The notes under the pieces: model-generated
Told to the model about the DNA's origin: nothing
Databases searched by the model: none
What the model saw: the letters and a program-made list of their open reading frames with translations, nothing else
Part shown: in pieces, positions 12,917-25,354 of the stretch
Layout: every line of letters begins with the position of its first letter
Position numbering within the stretch: the stretch's first letter is position 1
Translations under genes and position numbers: made by a program
Assembly: GCF_006345805.1 (NCBI RefSeq)
Contig: NC_043008.1
Coordinates: forward strand, 33,666,001 to 33,730,000
Length of the DNA stretch: 64,000 nt
Direction of reading: 5' to 3'
From: Octopus sinensis
Taxonomy: Eukaryota

Positions 12917-13545
12917 CTAGCAGTATCGCCCGGCGTTGCTCGGGTTTGTAAGGGAAATAACTATATAAGCATTTTTAGAGAGTTATAGCCAAAAAATAGC
13001 AAAAAATGCATTAAAAATGGAAAAAATATGATGGTAAATTTTTTTTTAAATCGTTGACTCATCGTAGACATTTTAGAGAGTTACTTCCCTTATATAATAG
13101 CGAAAAAATGCATTAAAATGGAAAAAAAACGATGGTAAATTTTTTTTTAAATCGTAGACTCATGTAGACGCTTTCTTAGCCATTTCTCTTTTGGTGTCTT
13201 CAAGCCATGAAGTCGTTGTTCTAAAAGAACACTGGTCTCCTTGACAACGCATTACGACGTTGATTTCCTTACACTCCCTTCCCCACAGGTGCAGGTGTGA
13301 CGCCATCTCCGCCGCCATCGACACACGAAAAATTATGCATTAAAATGGAATAAAAAATGATGTTAAATTATTTTTAAAATCGTAGACTCATCGTAGACGC
13401 GCGCTAATATTCAGACGGGCTCGATATGAATCACGACTATAAGCTACCCGAATTTGGTTAAACTGTACCGCAAAATGTGGGAGTAGTTAGGAATCTAAAT
13501 CGAAGGGGACAGACACTCACACAACTACAGTTTTATATATATAGA
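12917..13545 (-). mobile_element. Non-autonomous Helitron
   Basis: On the minus strand: 5' TC at 13545-13544, 3' CTAG at 12920-12917, GC hairpin cccggcgttgctcggg ~8 nt from the 3' end, inserted between A and T. Three internal ~70-80-bp repeats (aaaaatgcattaaaa..aaatcgtagactc). Confidence 0.9.
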
Positions 13546-13619
13546 TATACATAGCGCAGTAGTGGTGAGATGTGACAGCAAAGAAAAGCATACATTCACT
13601 CTCTGCATGCAATTAGACT

Positions 13620-13970
13620 CGGAAAGTTTGTGAGGAACCCATTGACCCAATTTGCTGACTTTTCCGATAGCACACAGGTGTCAATGAATGGTTGAATGAC
13701 CAAATCCAAGCTTCTCTGCTAGTTCCTCAACAGTTACGATGATATTTTGTTCCACCAGGGTTTTCAGGATGTCCTTGTCGAGTTCTACAGATCTTTCAGG
13801 ATGAGGCTCGTCTTCTAGGCTGTAGTTTATGGCTCGGGATTTCTGGAACCACCATTGACACTGCCTTACGCTTATTGTCCAATCCCCATATACTGCATTA
13901 ATATTTCTTGTACTTTGCACACATTTATATTCTGTTATTCTTTTATATGTTTCAGCCTTGAGGTTGTGGC
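13620..13970 (-). mobile_element. Mariner transposase N-terminal (HTH) fragment
   Basis: ORF 13681..14103: NINAVYGD..SVRQCQWWFQK..SLEDEPH..TVEELAEKLG. Confidence 0.8.
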
Positions 13971-15853
13971 CATGCTGGATCATGTGTGTGTGTGTGTGTG
14001 TGTGTCTATCTGTCTGTCTGTCTGTCTGTATATATGTATATGTATGTGTGTGAACAATAATATTTTCAACAGATGTGTTGCAAATGTATCTGATTGTTCT
14101 CAAGCTTCAATACTGTGTGTGTGTGTATGTGTGTGTGTGTGTATGTATGTATGTATATGTATGTATGTATATGTATGTATGTATGTATGTGTGTATGTAT
14201 GTATGTGTGTGTGTATGTATGTGTGTGTGTATGTGTGTGTGTATGTATGTATGTATGTATGTATGTATGAGTGTATGTTTACTTTATTACTAATTACTCT
14301 CTTCCAAGAACATTTTCACTCACTCTTAGCTCTTAGCTTCCCATACATTTTACTCATGTATCTATCAGCGTCATAGACAGAATGCTTTCACTTTAGTCTT
14401 CCTCAAATCACTGTCGCTATTTACTTTCATTTTATTCGTTGCCCACTGTGTGTGTGCGTTTGCATGTGGTGTAAACCAGACTAAGAAAAGCATTTGACAC
14501 ACACACCAGAATGTGAGTTTTCTGTAAATTTTGCTTAATTGGAGTTTAAATTTTAAAAACTGGACCTGGCATGACGCGATGCATTGTACTCTCAAAAATG
14601 CTAGGTAAATTGTAATTGAAGAAATCCTATATTGTAGATTTCTATAACTCCCAAAGGGAGGCAGATAAAGTCTGCCTTTTATAATAAGAGATATATATAT
14701 ATGCATCCATCCATCCATCCAACCATCCCCCCCCCCACATATATATACGAATATATATGGCTCTCAAGGACTCTGGGCTAATGAGCCTTCTTCACACTAT
14801 TCAATGGCACTGCAAGCAAAACATGGACATGATGACCTATGACTTCAAGAGAAGGTATACACAGTATATGCATTCCGTCAGATGCAGAGATAGAAAAAAA
14901 AACCCTCCTTACCTGGCTTCAACTGGAGACTTTCCACCTACCTGAATGCACTATCATGAAAGAGCCCCAGCTCTGTCTCTATGAAATTTACGTATTCTCC
15001 ATGAACCTTCAGTATCCACAACAGGAAAAACAAATTATCTCATTGCAGCCATTACAGGTGTGCCCTCATAGGGAACTTTAAGCTGACGACCCGAGTATAC
15101 CAACTTAGTACTGGCTGCCCCATAATTTAGCACTGGGTACTTAAACTCTGCTATCTGCTCAGACTATAGACTAACTTTCCAACCCTATGTATTTTCTGTA
15201 ATCTCCCACGATTGTTTTTGCATGTGTGTGCAAGTACATGCCTACACACACACACACGCTTTCCTTTCTTTCCTTACCATTTTCCTTTCCCCAACTATCA
15301 TCGAATCTTAATCCAACGTCAGACCCAGTCACGTATAGCTGCTGTTACCATTACATGTCACCTAACAAAATGCGCCTTTACATCCGTACACACACATGCT
15401 CACACGCTGATCTCATGTATGCTCGTACTAGAACATACACAAAAAATGCTCAAACGCACACATGCATGCACTCACACACACATACGCATGAAATGTGTAC
15501 ACTCACACTAATGCAGCAGACATACTCGCCACACACACATTTACATATGCACCAAATGCATAAACTCACGCACTCATAAAGCAGGTATACTCCAACACAC
15601 ATGCACGAGTGCAAGTGTACCACCACTTCGTTTCACTTAAGATTCTCACCCACATCACCCACCGACGTGCCACAAACATTCTATCCAACTATGTCGTCCA
15701 AGAAATACGGAATTGAGGCTTCTAGTTGATGTATTTGATGTTACTAATTGTTCGGTACTTATGGCGAGAACACCATGTGACCCACCTTGACCAATAAGTG
15801 CCCAATCTTCAGTAATCATGTTGCATTTCTTCCATCTCTCCATTCAGTCGCCT

Positions 15854-15905
15854 ATACCTGAAGAGCTAGGTTCGTGTGAAGTGCCTTCGAAACTTTAAGT
15901 TGTGT
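15854..15905 (+). ncRNA. Minimal type I hammerhead ribozyme (imperfect stem II) at the 3' end of a Penelope-like repeat
   Basis: ATAC-CTGAAGA-G..AGG..CCT.C-GAAAC-TTTAA-GT-T-GTGT. Core boxes intact, 4-bp stem I, near-palindromic stem III. Confidence 0.6.
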
Positions 15906-16319
15906 TGAGCTGAATCAGAGTGTTATCAAATACCAATATATGTACTCCTAGGAAACGTGTTGAATATCTCTTTCTTACTTTTGTCATTTCAGACGTATAA
16001 CTATGTATGTGATGGGGGTGTAACCTACGTAATATACATATAAACAGTGTTAATTTATCCATATTTCGGAGATTGAAAAAGAATGACAAACAGCTTTAAT
16101 CCATTTTTGAAACTTATTGGGTTCCTGTCTCAAGTGTCTACATCACTTGACCAATCCTAGAGAAATGAGTAGACAATCTGTTTTTATACACAACAGATCC
16201 AGTAGCTTCAGAGAACTGGAGCTATTCATTTGCAAGCTGTAGGTATTGAACACTTTATTTGACACCAATAGACTGTCAATGGAGATTCGTACAAATATAC
16301 AATGAGCTATTTTCAGGTT

Positions 16320-16755
16320 CTCTCTACCAAATCCACTCACAATGCTTTCGTCAATTTGGGGTTATAACAGAAGACACTTGTCCAATGTGCTCCTCGTTCA
16401 ATCCTACAGTTTTACACTTAGGGTAAATACCTTTTGCTATAGCCCCAGAGCAACCAAAGCTTTGTGAGTAGATTTAACAGACAAAATCTCAAAGAAGCTT
16501 ATCCTATATGTATGTGTGTGTGTATGCGTGTATGTGTGTGTGTGTGTGTCTTTGTGTTTGTGTTTGCCCTACCATCACTACTCAGCCACCAGTATTGGTT
16601 TGTTCACGTTCCTGTCATGTAGCAGTTTGGCAAAAGAAATTGATATAATAAGTACCAGGTTTTAAACAATAAGTACTGGAGTCGATTCGTTCGACTAAAA
16701 TCCTTCGAGGTGGTGCCCCAGCATGGCCGTAGTTCAATGATTGAAAGAAGTGAAA
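16320..16755. mobile_element. SINE family A: + copy with an inverted 5' fragment
   Basis: 16320-16400 is the reverse complement of the head. 16415-16755 is the + strand body and tail. Confidence 0.7.
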
Positions 16756-16833
16756 TATAAAATGTATACAAACAGTATTATTACAAACAGTCAATCTATG
16801 TAATAAACATTATCTCATGGTGTTTCGTTTCAG

Positions 16834-17090
16834 ATTACTGCTGGAGAATCAAATTTTATATTTCAAGCAAATTTTTGTCTGGAACCTCAAATTATTTCAC
16901 TGTTCAATTAATCAATGATGAAACACGTGTTTTCTCAAATAAAATGTCTTGTGCAAATAAATGTAGAAGGGGATCTCAACCAAGCTTTGATTTTTGCACT
17001 CCACGAATTGATCCAGTAAAAGAATTAAAATTAAATGAAACAGTAAAAAATATCTTTAGGGAAATAGTATCTGCTTGGACATTGGAAAGT
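16834..17090 (+). CDS. Receptor-like gene exon 3 (ectodomain NYCWRIKF...SAWTLES)
   Basis: Acceptor tttcgtttcag|AT and donor AGT|gtaagt. 257 nt, open in only one frame, phase 1-0. Four Cys and an NET sequon. Confidence 0.85.
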
Positions 17091-17430
17091 GTAAGTATTT
17101 GGATAGAATTCTCATTTTTAATCTGTGTGTTTGTGTGTATGTGGCTGTGTGTACATATTAGTGTGGCTGTGTGTGTGCATGTGTGTGCGTAATGCGCGTG
17201 TGTGTGTGTGAATGTGCGTGATTTTGCTGCATTATCATGTTACTTAAAAGTTCCTGTTTTCAATTCAGGTAATAACATATTAGTATCGAGATCTTTGACT
17301 ACTTTCTTACGTTACTTTCAATCGAGGTAATGAAACAGGTACATAAATATAAGGATATAAAGATATCTCCTTTTAATGTGGAACACAGTCATCTCTCTCT
17401 CCCTCCCATTCACTCTTTCTTCCTCTCTTA

Positions 17431-17463
<33 letters not shown>

Positions 17464-17588
17464 ACACACACTAATACACATACATATACATACAAACACA
17501 TGCATACACACGAACACAAACACACACTCATACATAGATAGACAGATATACATACATACACACATGCATACATACATACATACATACA

Positions 17589-17619
<31 letters not shown>

Positions 17620-17639
17620 GTATACATACATCACTACAC

Positions 17640-18560
17640 CTTGCTATGGTACCAGCTGCTACAGTGAATGCCACTGAAAGACTGACCACTATATGCTCCA
17701 CACAGTTATCACTAACAGCTGCTAAAGCAACACCTGGTGTTACAGAGTTAAGCTATCAACAGACATATTCCAGTGTGATATTTTTTTTCATCTGTAATAC
17801 TTTTTGTATTTGCAGTGAATCCATTGTTGGCCCTGTTCACAAAATGCGAAGGCTACCTGTTGGGATATGCAGGAAAAAAAAAGTTAATGTCATCCACACA
17901 TTTTTGTTGATGACCTAAAGTGTAATATGATCAGCATCAAGAGATAGTTAGAACTACACGAAAATTTTGGAATGGAGTTTAAGCAAGAGAAATGCTTATA
18001 CGTGATAGTCAATAGGGGAAAGATTGTCGACCAGACAAAGAACATGAACATCAATGGCTTGTTGATATTCTCTAATGATGAAAGCTACAAGTACCTTGGA
18101 ATTATGAGAATGTTGCATAAGTTGGTGTTGTGACTAAAGCCAGGAAAACAACAGAGTATTTCTGTAGACTCTGGAAAATATGGAAGTCAGGGCTGTCTGC
18201 ATTTAACAAGACCATATCTCACAATGCTTCTGCTAATAACAACATTTGAGATATTGGATCGGACATTTGATGAGATATGCAGTTTGGACATCAAAGCCAG
18301 AAAGGTACTGACCACTATTGGCAACTTCCACATTAACAGCAACACCAATAAGATATATGTAAGGTGAAATGATGATGGTAGAGGCATAGGGTTAGTCCAA
18401 ACAACCTTTGGAATTTGCATTGTATCACTCAGAGAACACCTGCTGAACCTTAAAGAAAGAAATGAGTACATTCCATGCATACTCAAAAGAGAGAGCAACA
18501 ACATCGTCAGAGTTGGAGAACTACTCTGTAGGTACTCTGAGCATACAGTTATCTTATGCA
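17640..18560 (+). mobile_element. Degenerate R4/Dong-type LINE RT fragment
   Basis: Remnant motifs NPLLALF..GY, FVDDLK (~17905) and ESYKYLGI (~18080). Confidence 0.7.
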
Positions 18561-18639
18561 ACCCAATGGTGACTGGACTGGCCAACTTAAACAGAAGCAG
18601 GCATCATACGCAAGCTTCTTACCGCACAGCTATGCCTAT

Positions 18640-18670
<31 letters not shown>

Positions 18671-18674
18671 CACA

Positions 18675-18710
<36 letters not shown>

Positions 18711-18716
18711 TGTATG

Positions 18717-18768
<52 letters not shown>

Positions 18769-18779
18769 TAAATAAATGG

Positions 18780-19570
18780 AGTTAAATGCAGGTGTTATTC
18801 AAATATTTATACTTCCAACATATGTTTCGAAGAAAACATTGGTATTATTCCAGAAGGATTAAAATGATGAAAAACAATGCAAACTTCTCATCAGGGAAAG
18901 AAAGAGAAGCAAAACACATCAATAAGACATTTTAACCGAATGTGATTACTGCATATATGATGAAGGGAATGCTAGTACGCTACTTTAAAAAAACAAACAT
19001 TAATATATATTATGTCAAAGGCAATTTATAGAAAGAGAAGGCGGAGGAAGAAAGAAATTAGCAGAAAATTGAAAGTGGAGAAATATAGTGTGATAGGTGA
19101 ATAGGAATAAAGGTTAAAGGCATGGAAATAGATATATTTAGTGGGAGTGAAATGTAAGAAGACAGTTAAAGGTCGAATTTCACAGATTGATAGAAATCAC
19201 TTATATGAACTATAGGTATATTTTGCTTATGTTTGCAATTATAAATGCATTCTTTAAACGTGTTAACAAGTGGATTTTCTGAGAACAGGATGAACTAAAG
19301 TTCATCGTTACAGAGCGTGCAAAAAGATTTACCTTTATCATATGGAAATGATTTAGATAGAATATTCCAATCCAAATCAAATTGTTTATTATGTTCTTTT
19401 AGAGACCAAATTAATTTACTAAGCCCAGTATTGTTATATTTGTTGATATGTCTAAATGTAGAGTAATGATTAGATATTCTTTTGGACAACTGAGAGGAAG
19501 AACTACCTATTAAAAAAAAGACGTCTGAACTGGAAGTAATTTTACGTTGATAAATAGAGTCTGCCATGGC
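18780..19570 (-). mobile_element. Penelope-like element 3' end (GIY-YIG remnant plus 3' UTR)
   Basis: ORF 19295..19567: KRISNHYSTF..TGLSKLIWSLK..WNILSKSFPY..CTLCNDE, typical of PLE GIY-YIG endonucleases. Confidence 0.85.
18812..18899 (-). ncRNA. Intact minimal type I hammerhead ribozyme
   Basis: Minus strand: UUUCC-CUGAUGA-GAAG-(51 nt)-CUUC-GAAAC-AUAU-GU-U-GGAAG. All core nucleotides present, 5-bp stem I, palindromic ACAUAUGU stem III. Confidence 0.85.
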
Positions 19571-19589
19571 ATTGTGGATCAGTGACTGC

Positions 19590-20830
19590 AGGGGGAAAAT
19601 AACATCCCTTGAGTGGTAACATCATCCGTGAGAAAGCGTGGAATTTACACCAGTGGTTTGACAGAGGAAATGAAGCAGAAGGCACCAAAGAACCAGAACC
19701 AAGATCATTGACAGCACCGGAGCCCGAAGATTTTCAAACCAGCAAGGGATGGTTTGACCATTTCCAGAAACGGTTTAAAATAAGGTGAGTTTCCTTGCTT
19801 GGAGAGACAGTATCAGCCGACAAAGAAGCGACGAAGAAGTATCTCGAGACCTTCAGGCATATCATCGAAGACAAGGGATACAAGCTGGAACAGGTTTTCA
19901 TTATGGACGAAATTAGCTTGTTCTGGAAGAAGATACCTTCCAGAAAGTACATCATGAGGGACGAAGCCAGAGTCCGAGTATTTAAGGCACAGAAGGACAG
20001 AGTGAGGCTAGTTAAGTGTGGCAATGCTGCTGGATTCATGATGAAACCAGGACTTACCTACAAGTTTGCGAACCCGAGAGCTTTCAAAAATTAGAATAAA
20101 AATCTGCTGCCTGTCCACTGGATGCACAACCCAAGGCCTAGATTACCAAAAGTCTAACTTTGAATTGGTTCCACCAATGCTTCATCACTCAAGCCAAGTG
20201 ATGCATGGAATTCAAGGTGTTGCTTGTTATAGATAATGCTGGTGGTCACTCATCGCATGCTGGGAGGTGTGACCAGAGTGGTTCAAGACTATGAGGGCTT
20301 CTCACCTGAAGATATTCAGCATGGGGCTGTCAACAATGCGATTAATCTTGCGAAGGTTTTGGTATCACGCAAGATGAGGTCAACGACCTCATCGATGTCC
20401 ACTCTGAAACCCTGACAGACGAAGATTTATTGGAGTTAACGAAGTCTGCCAGCAAAGAGGGGAATGAAGTGCTAGATGCAAAGGAAGAGGAGGATGAGAA
20501 AGGCCTGGTAATCGAATGTCAGTCCGACCTTTTAAGGACAGCAAAGGAATTGCAAGGGAAGGCGAAAACATGGGATCCCTATATGGTTTGCTCTCTCCAG
20601 TTTAAAAATACCGTCGATGCTGCCATACAGACATATAAAACTCTACTAAGAAGAAACAACAGCAAATTCCCATCACAATGTTCAAGCCCACAAAGAAAAC
20701 CTTGCACGGAAATACGACTTCTCCTAATACACCCGAAGAAGAGGCGTCACCTGAAGAGCTTTAAATCTTCTTTGCTGTGCAGACATTACCTTCATTATTT
20801 TCATCATCATCGTCTTAAATCAATATCATT
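19590..20830 (+). mobile_element. Tigger/pogo DNA transposon remnant
   Basis: FQTSKGWFDHFQKRF (~19735). ORF 19795..20094: GETVSADKEA..QVFIMDEISLFWKKIPSR..FKAQKDR..CGNAAG (DDE_1). Confidence 0.9.
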
Positions 20831-20881
20831 CACTTTTGGTGAATAACTGTACATTTTATATTATTTTTTATTAAATTATTA

Positions 20882-20913
<32 letters not shown>

Positions 20914-20920
20914 ATCATCA

Positions 20921-23900
20921 TCATCATCATCGTTTAACAACCGATTTCCATGCTAGCATGGGTTGGACCATTTGACGATTTGACTGAGGACTGGCGAACC
21001 AGATGGCTGCACCAGGCTCCAATCTTGATTTGGCAGAGTTTCTACAGCTGGATGCTCTTCTTAATGTCAGCCACTCCGAGAGTATAGTGGGTGCTTTTAC
21101 GTGCTACTGGCACGAGGGCCAGTCAGGCGGTACAGGCAACAGCCACGCTCAAATGGTGTTTTTACGTGCCACATGCACAGGAGCCAGTCCAGCGGCACTG
21201 GCAACGACCACGCTCAAATATTTTTTCACATGCCACCGGCACAAGTGCCAGTATGGCAACACCTGTAATGATCACGCTCGAACGGTGCATTTAACGTGCC
21301 ACCGGCATGGAAGCCAGTTAGCTGCTCTGGTAACGATCACACTCGGATGGTGCTCTTAGCGCTCCACTAGCACAGATGCCAGTCATCGAATTTGATTTCG
21401 AAGTTATGGTCTCACTTGGCTTGCAGGGTTTCCCAAGCACAGCATATTTCCAAAGGTCTCGGTCTCTAGGCATTTCCAACTGTTCGAAGGTCGTGCTTCA
21501 CCACTTCATCCCAGGTCTTCCTAGGTCTACCTCTTCCACAGGTTCCCTCAACCGCTATGGTCTGGCACTTTTTCACACAGCTATCCTCATCCATTCTCAT
21601 CACATGACCTTACCAGTGCAGTCGTCTCTCTTGCACAACACATCTGATGCTTCTTAGGTCCAACTTTTCTCTCAAGGTACTTACACTCTGTTGAGTATGC
21701 ACACTGACATTGCACATCCATCGGAGCATACTCGCTTCATTCCTTGCAAGCTTACTCATGTCCTCAGCAGTCACAGCCCATGTTTCACCTTGGTAACAGA
21801 AGCTATCAACTACTTCTAGTTTTTCTCCCTGGAATATGGCAGAAGTTGCTCACTGCACATTTTCAGTGTTTATTGCTCCTGAGCATCTACCACATACAAA
21901 AACTATCTTCCAAGTTAGCCTTCCTTTGATATTGCTACACCTCTTATGTGTCCATAGATTACACTGGGTACATCTTATAGAGTTTCTACCTACGCTTTTT
22001 CTACAGATCGAGCAGGGCGATCAACCTGAAGGGATTTTTGGTTTGCCTGCTTTCCTACTTTTTAGGACTTTGGTTTTAGCTAGGTTGACTCTAAGGCCCT
22101 TCGATTCTAATCTTTGTTTCCACACCTGAAACTTCTCCTCTAGTTCTGATAGTGACTCAGCAATTAGAGCAAGGTCATCAGTATATCAGCTCCCAGGGAC
22201 ATCCTGTCTTAAATTCCTCTGTTATTACTTGGAGGACTATGATAAATAGGAGGAAGCTGAGGACTGACTCTTGGTGGACCCCTACCTCTACCCAGAATTC
22301 TTCACACTACTCGTTTCCAACCCTCACATTACTGATAGCGTCCCTGTACCTGGCTTGCACATCTCTCACTAACCATTCATCTATCTCTAGTTTCCTCATT
22401 GACCACCAGATAAGGGAATGGGGGACTCTGTCAAAGGCTTTCTCCATGTCAACAAAAGCCAGGTACAGAGGTTTATCTTTGGCTAGGTATTCTTCTGCAG
22501 CTGTCTTACCAAAAATATAGCATCAGTGGTGCTTTTCCCTGGAACGAACCCAAACTGCATCTCATCTAAACTGACTCTCTCCCTAATTAGTTGGGCTATG
22601 ACCCTCTCCGTGGCCTTCATTACCTGATCCAACAACTCGATACCTCTGTAATTATTTGTATCTATAGTTGACTATAGTGCTGCTACACCAGTCATTGGGT
22701 TTGATTCCTTTGTGTATCACCTGGTTAACTATACGGGTAACTAGGCTATAGCCGACACTGCCAGATATTTTGAGGATCTCTGCAGTGATTCCTGGTGGTC
22801 CGGGGGCTTTTCCTGTCTTCATACTCTTAATTACTTTATCTAGCAAGGTACTGTCGACTCGGATAGCTGGTCCGTCTGTTGGGTCGACATTTGGCAGACT
22901 CTCTTTCTCCCATTCATTTTCTTTATTGAGCAACCTTTCATAGTGGCGTCTCCAAACCTCTCTGTTTGCAGCCTTGTTTAGTGCAAGTGAACCATCATCC
23001 ATGTGGACACATTTCTCTCCTACAACATCATGATTCCCTCTCACACACTGTCTTGCAACACGAAATACCTCAAGTCTTTGGTCCTCATGGTGCAGAACAT
23101 TGGCAAATTTTTTCTTATCTGCTTCCCCTCTGGCTAAATAAATCTGTCTCCTAGCTTCCCCTCTGACAGTCTGATACAATTCCCTGCTACCTCCGTTCTT
23201 CCAGTCCCTCCAAGCCTGTTTCTTTTCTCTAATAGCCCTGTCAACAACTTTATTCCACCATGACATTATTTTGGGTCAAGAGGGGACTTTGCACCATCCA
23301 CAGATCTAGTCAGTGGCCCTCAGCAGGTTGTCCCGTAGAAACCTCCAGCTGACTTCTACATCGTGTGAAGCTATATGCCCTTCTATTTCGTCAAAGGCTT
23401 CAAGTAATATGTCTCTAAATCTCTGTCCATTCGGGGGATCTTTAAGCTTCCAGACCCTTCTCCTCCATGCTGGTCGTCTTCTGGGCATCCACTTAGCCCT
23501 GATCCTGAAGTCACTAACTACCAGTCTATGTTGTGAGGTACATTCTTCGCTTGGGAAGGTTTTGGCATTTATAAGCAGCTAGCTTTCCCTTTTTCTGGTG
23601 AGGATGTAGTCAATTTGGCTAGTGTGTCTGCTAGAACGGTAGGTGACTAGGTGACTGGCAGGTTTCCTGAAGTTAGTATTGCAAACCATAAGATCATTTG
23701 CATCGCAGAACTCCAGCAGCCTGGTTCCCCCCTCATTGCAGGAACCAAAACCGTAGCCTCCATGTAAGCCATGGAAGTCCCCTGTATGTTATCCAACATG
23801 TCCATTGAAGTCACCAGCCACAAAGAGAAGGTCCCTGTCATTCGTCAACGAGGTAGTCTGCAAGAGGGTGTCATAGAATCGGTCTTTCTATCCATCGGGT

Positions 23901-24545
23901 AGCCTCGGTTGAGGGACATAGGCTGAGATAATGGTTGCTAACCCATGATGAAGCACTAATCTAATCTTAAGTATTCTGTCGCATACTCTGACTACCTCGA
24001 TTACCTTATCCACCCACTTCTCTGCAAGAAGTATACCCACGCCCCGACCCCATCAGTGTTCCCTGCCCAGAAAATCTTGTACCTGTGTTCTTTACCTGTG
24101 AGAAACCTAGCGGAGCCTCCTCTCCACTTTACTTCTTGGATGCAGCACATATCGACACATCTCCGTTCAAGCATCTCAACAATCTCACTAGACCTACCTT
24201 TCAGTGTGTCGACATTGAGAGTGCCAGCCCTGAGGGTGTGGGAGGTATGGGTCCTTGAGACCCTGGGGCAGGGGACAGCAGCGTCATGTTCCTGAAAAGA
24301 GAGCTCGCATTTGGCAGAATTCATAAACAAACAATAGCCTTAAGTTCAACCTGCATACACTACACTATCATATTTTTGCACTACATGATCACTATCTTAC
24401 ATAGGAGATAAACCCTAAGTAGGGGTGGGGATGGCACAAAGCCTTTAGAAGTGTTCATAGGAGACAACCAAAGGATGACAAAGGATAGGAACTTCTGGCA
24501 TAGGTGGAGGGGCGGGCGTACCGCGAACTAGCAAATTTAGACGAG
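20921..24545 (-). mobile_element. Near full-length RTE LINE with disrupted ORF
   Basis: APE N-terminus GTLNVDTLKGR..CCIQEVKWRG (ORF 24001..24330), KAPGPPGI (ORF 22652..23266), RT homologous to 31198..32508, tandem-repeat 3' UTR and (GAT)n tail. Several internal deletions and frameshifts. Confidence 0.92.
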
Positions 24546-24568
24546 TATATATATATATGTATGTATAA

Positions 24569-25354
24569 TTATCAATAATAACAAAGGGTAAAATTAATTA
24601 ATTAAGAAGTAATCAATAATTTCACCAAGTAGAATTCGGCATGAAAAAGGATCATTTCACGGTAAATTTAAGTAATACTTTATAATTAGGGTTCAGCAAA
24701 GATTTGCTTTACCACATACCGAAGTTTAGAAATAGGAGCCAAAAAACCTTAGCTATTTCTTCTACTTTAAAATGGGACTCCCAGAAAAATCAAAATACTT
24801 GAAAACAATCCACGCGGGCAGAGAAGAAAAATAACAAAAATCAATCTATAGCTGGTCACCCATGTACGCGTTTTGGAATTAGATCGGTATAAAGAATATA
24901 GAATTATACTTTACCCAACCATTTTCCTTCATCAGCATGGGACTCCAACAATATTAAATATTAAAAATATTAAATTCGAAGGCACTGGAAGAATTGAACA
25001 TATCTCTCAACCTAACGTATCAGACAGATCATATTCGGTGTTAATACCGCCGAATTCAAAATACGAATGAGGTTCATCACCTTCCCCTGCCCATCCGCGT
25101 GTGTCGTCAAGTAAAATACTACAGGAAAATCTGTAGTTTGTTATGAGGGAGAAAATTCTATTATCAATAATAACAAAGGGTAAAATTAATTAATTAAGAA
25201 GTAATCAATAATTTCACCAAGTAGAATTCGGCATGAAAAAGGACCATTTCACGGTAAACTTAAGTAATACTTTATAATTAGGGTTCAGCAAAGATTTGCT
25301 TTACCACATACTGAAGTTTAAAAATAAGAGCCAAAAAACCTTAGCTATTTCTTC
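24569..25354 (-). mobile_element. Non-autonomous Penelope-like/retrozyme-like element with 194-bp direct repeats
   Basis: 24569-24762 matches 25161-25354 with ~5 substitutions (period 592 bp). The internal region carries a hammerhead core. Confidence 0.8.
24859..24941 (-). ncRNA. Type I hammerhead ribozyme with G12A substitution
   Basis: Minus strand: CCCAUG-CUGAUGA-A-GGAA-(loop)-UUCC-AAAAC-GC-GU-A-CAUGGG. Perfect 6-bp stem I and ACGCGU palindrome. The GAAA box reads AAAA (position 24874). Confidence 0.8.

Noticed and set aside
17269-17338. Possible exon after ttcaattcag
   Set aside because: In the phase required by exon 3 (0) it has TAG and TGA stops.
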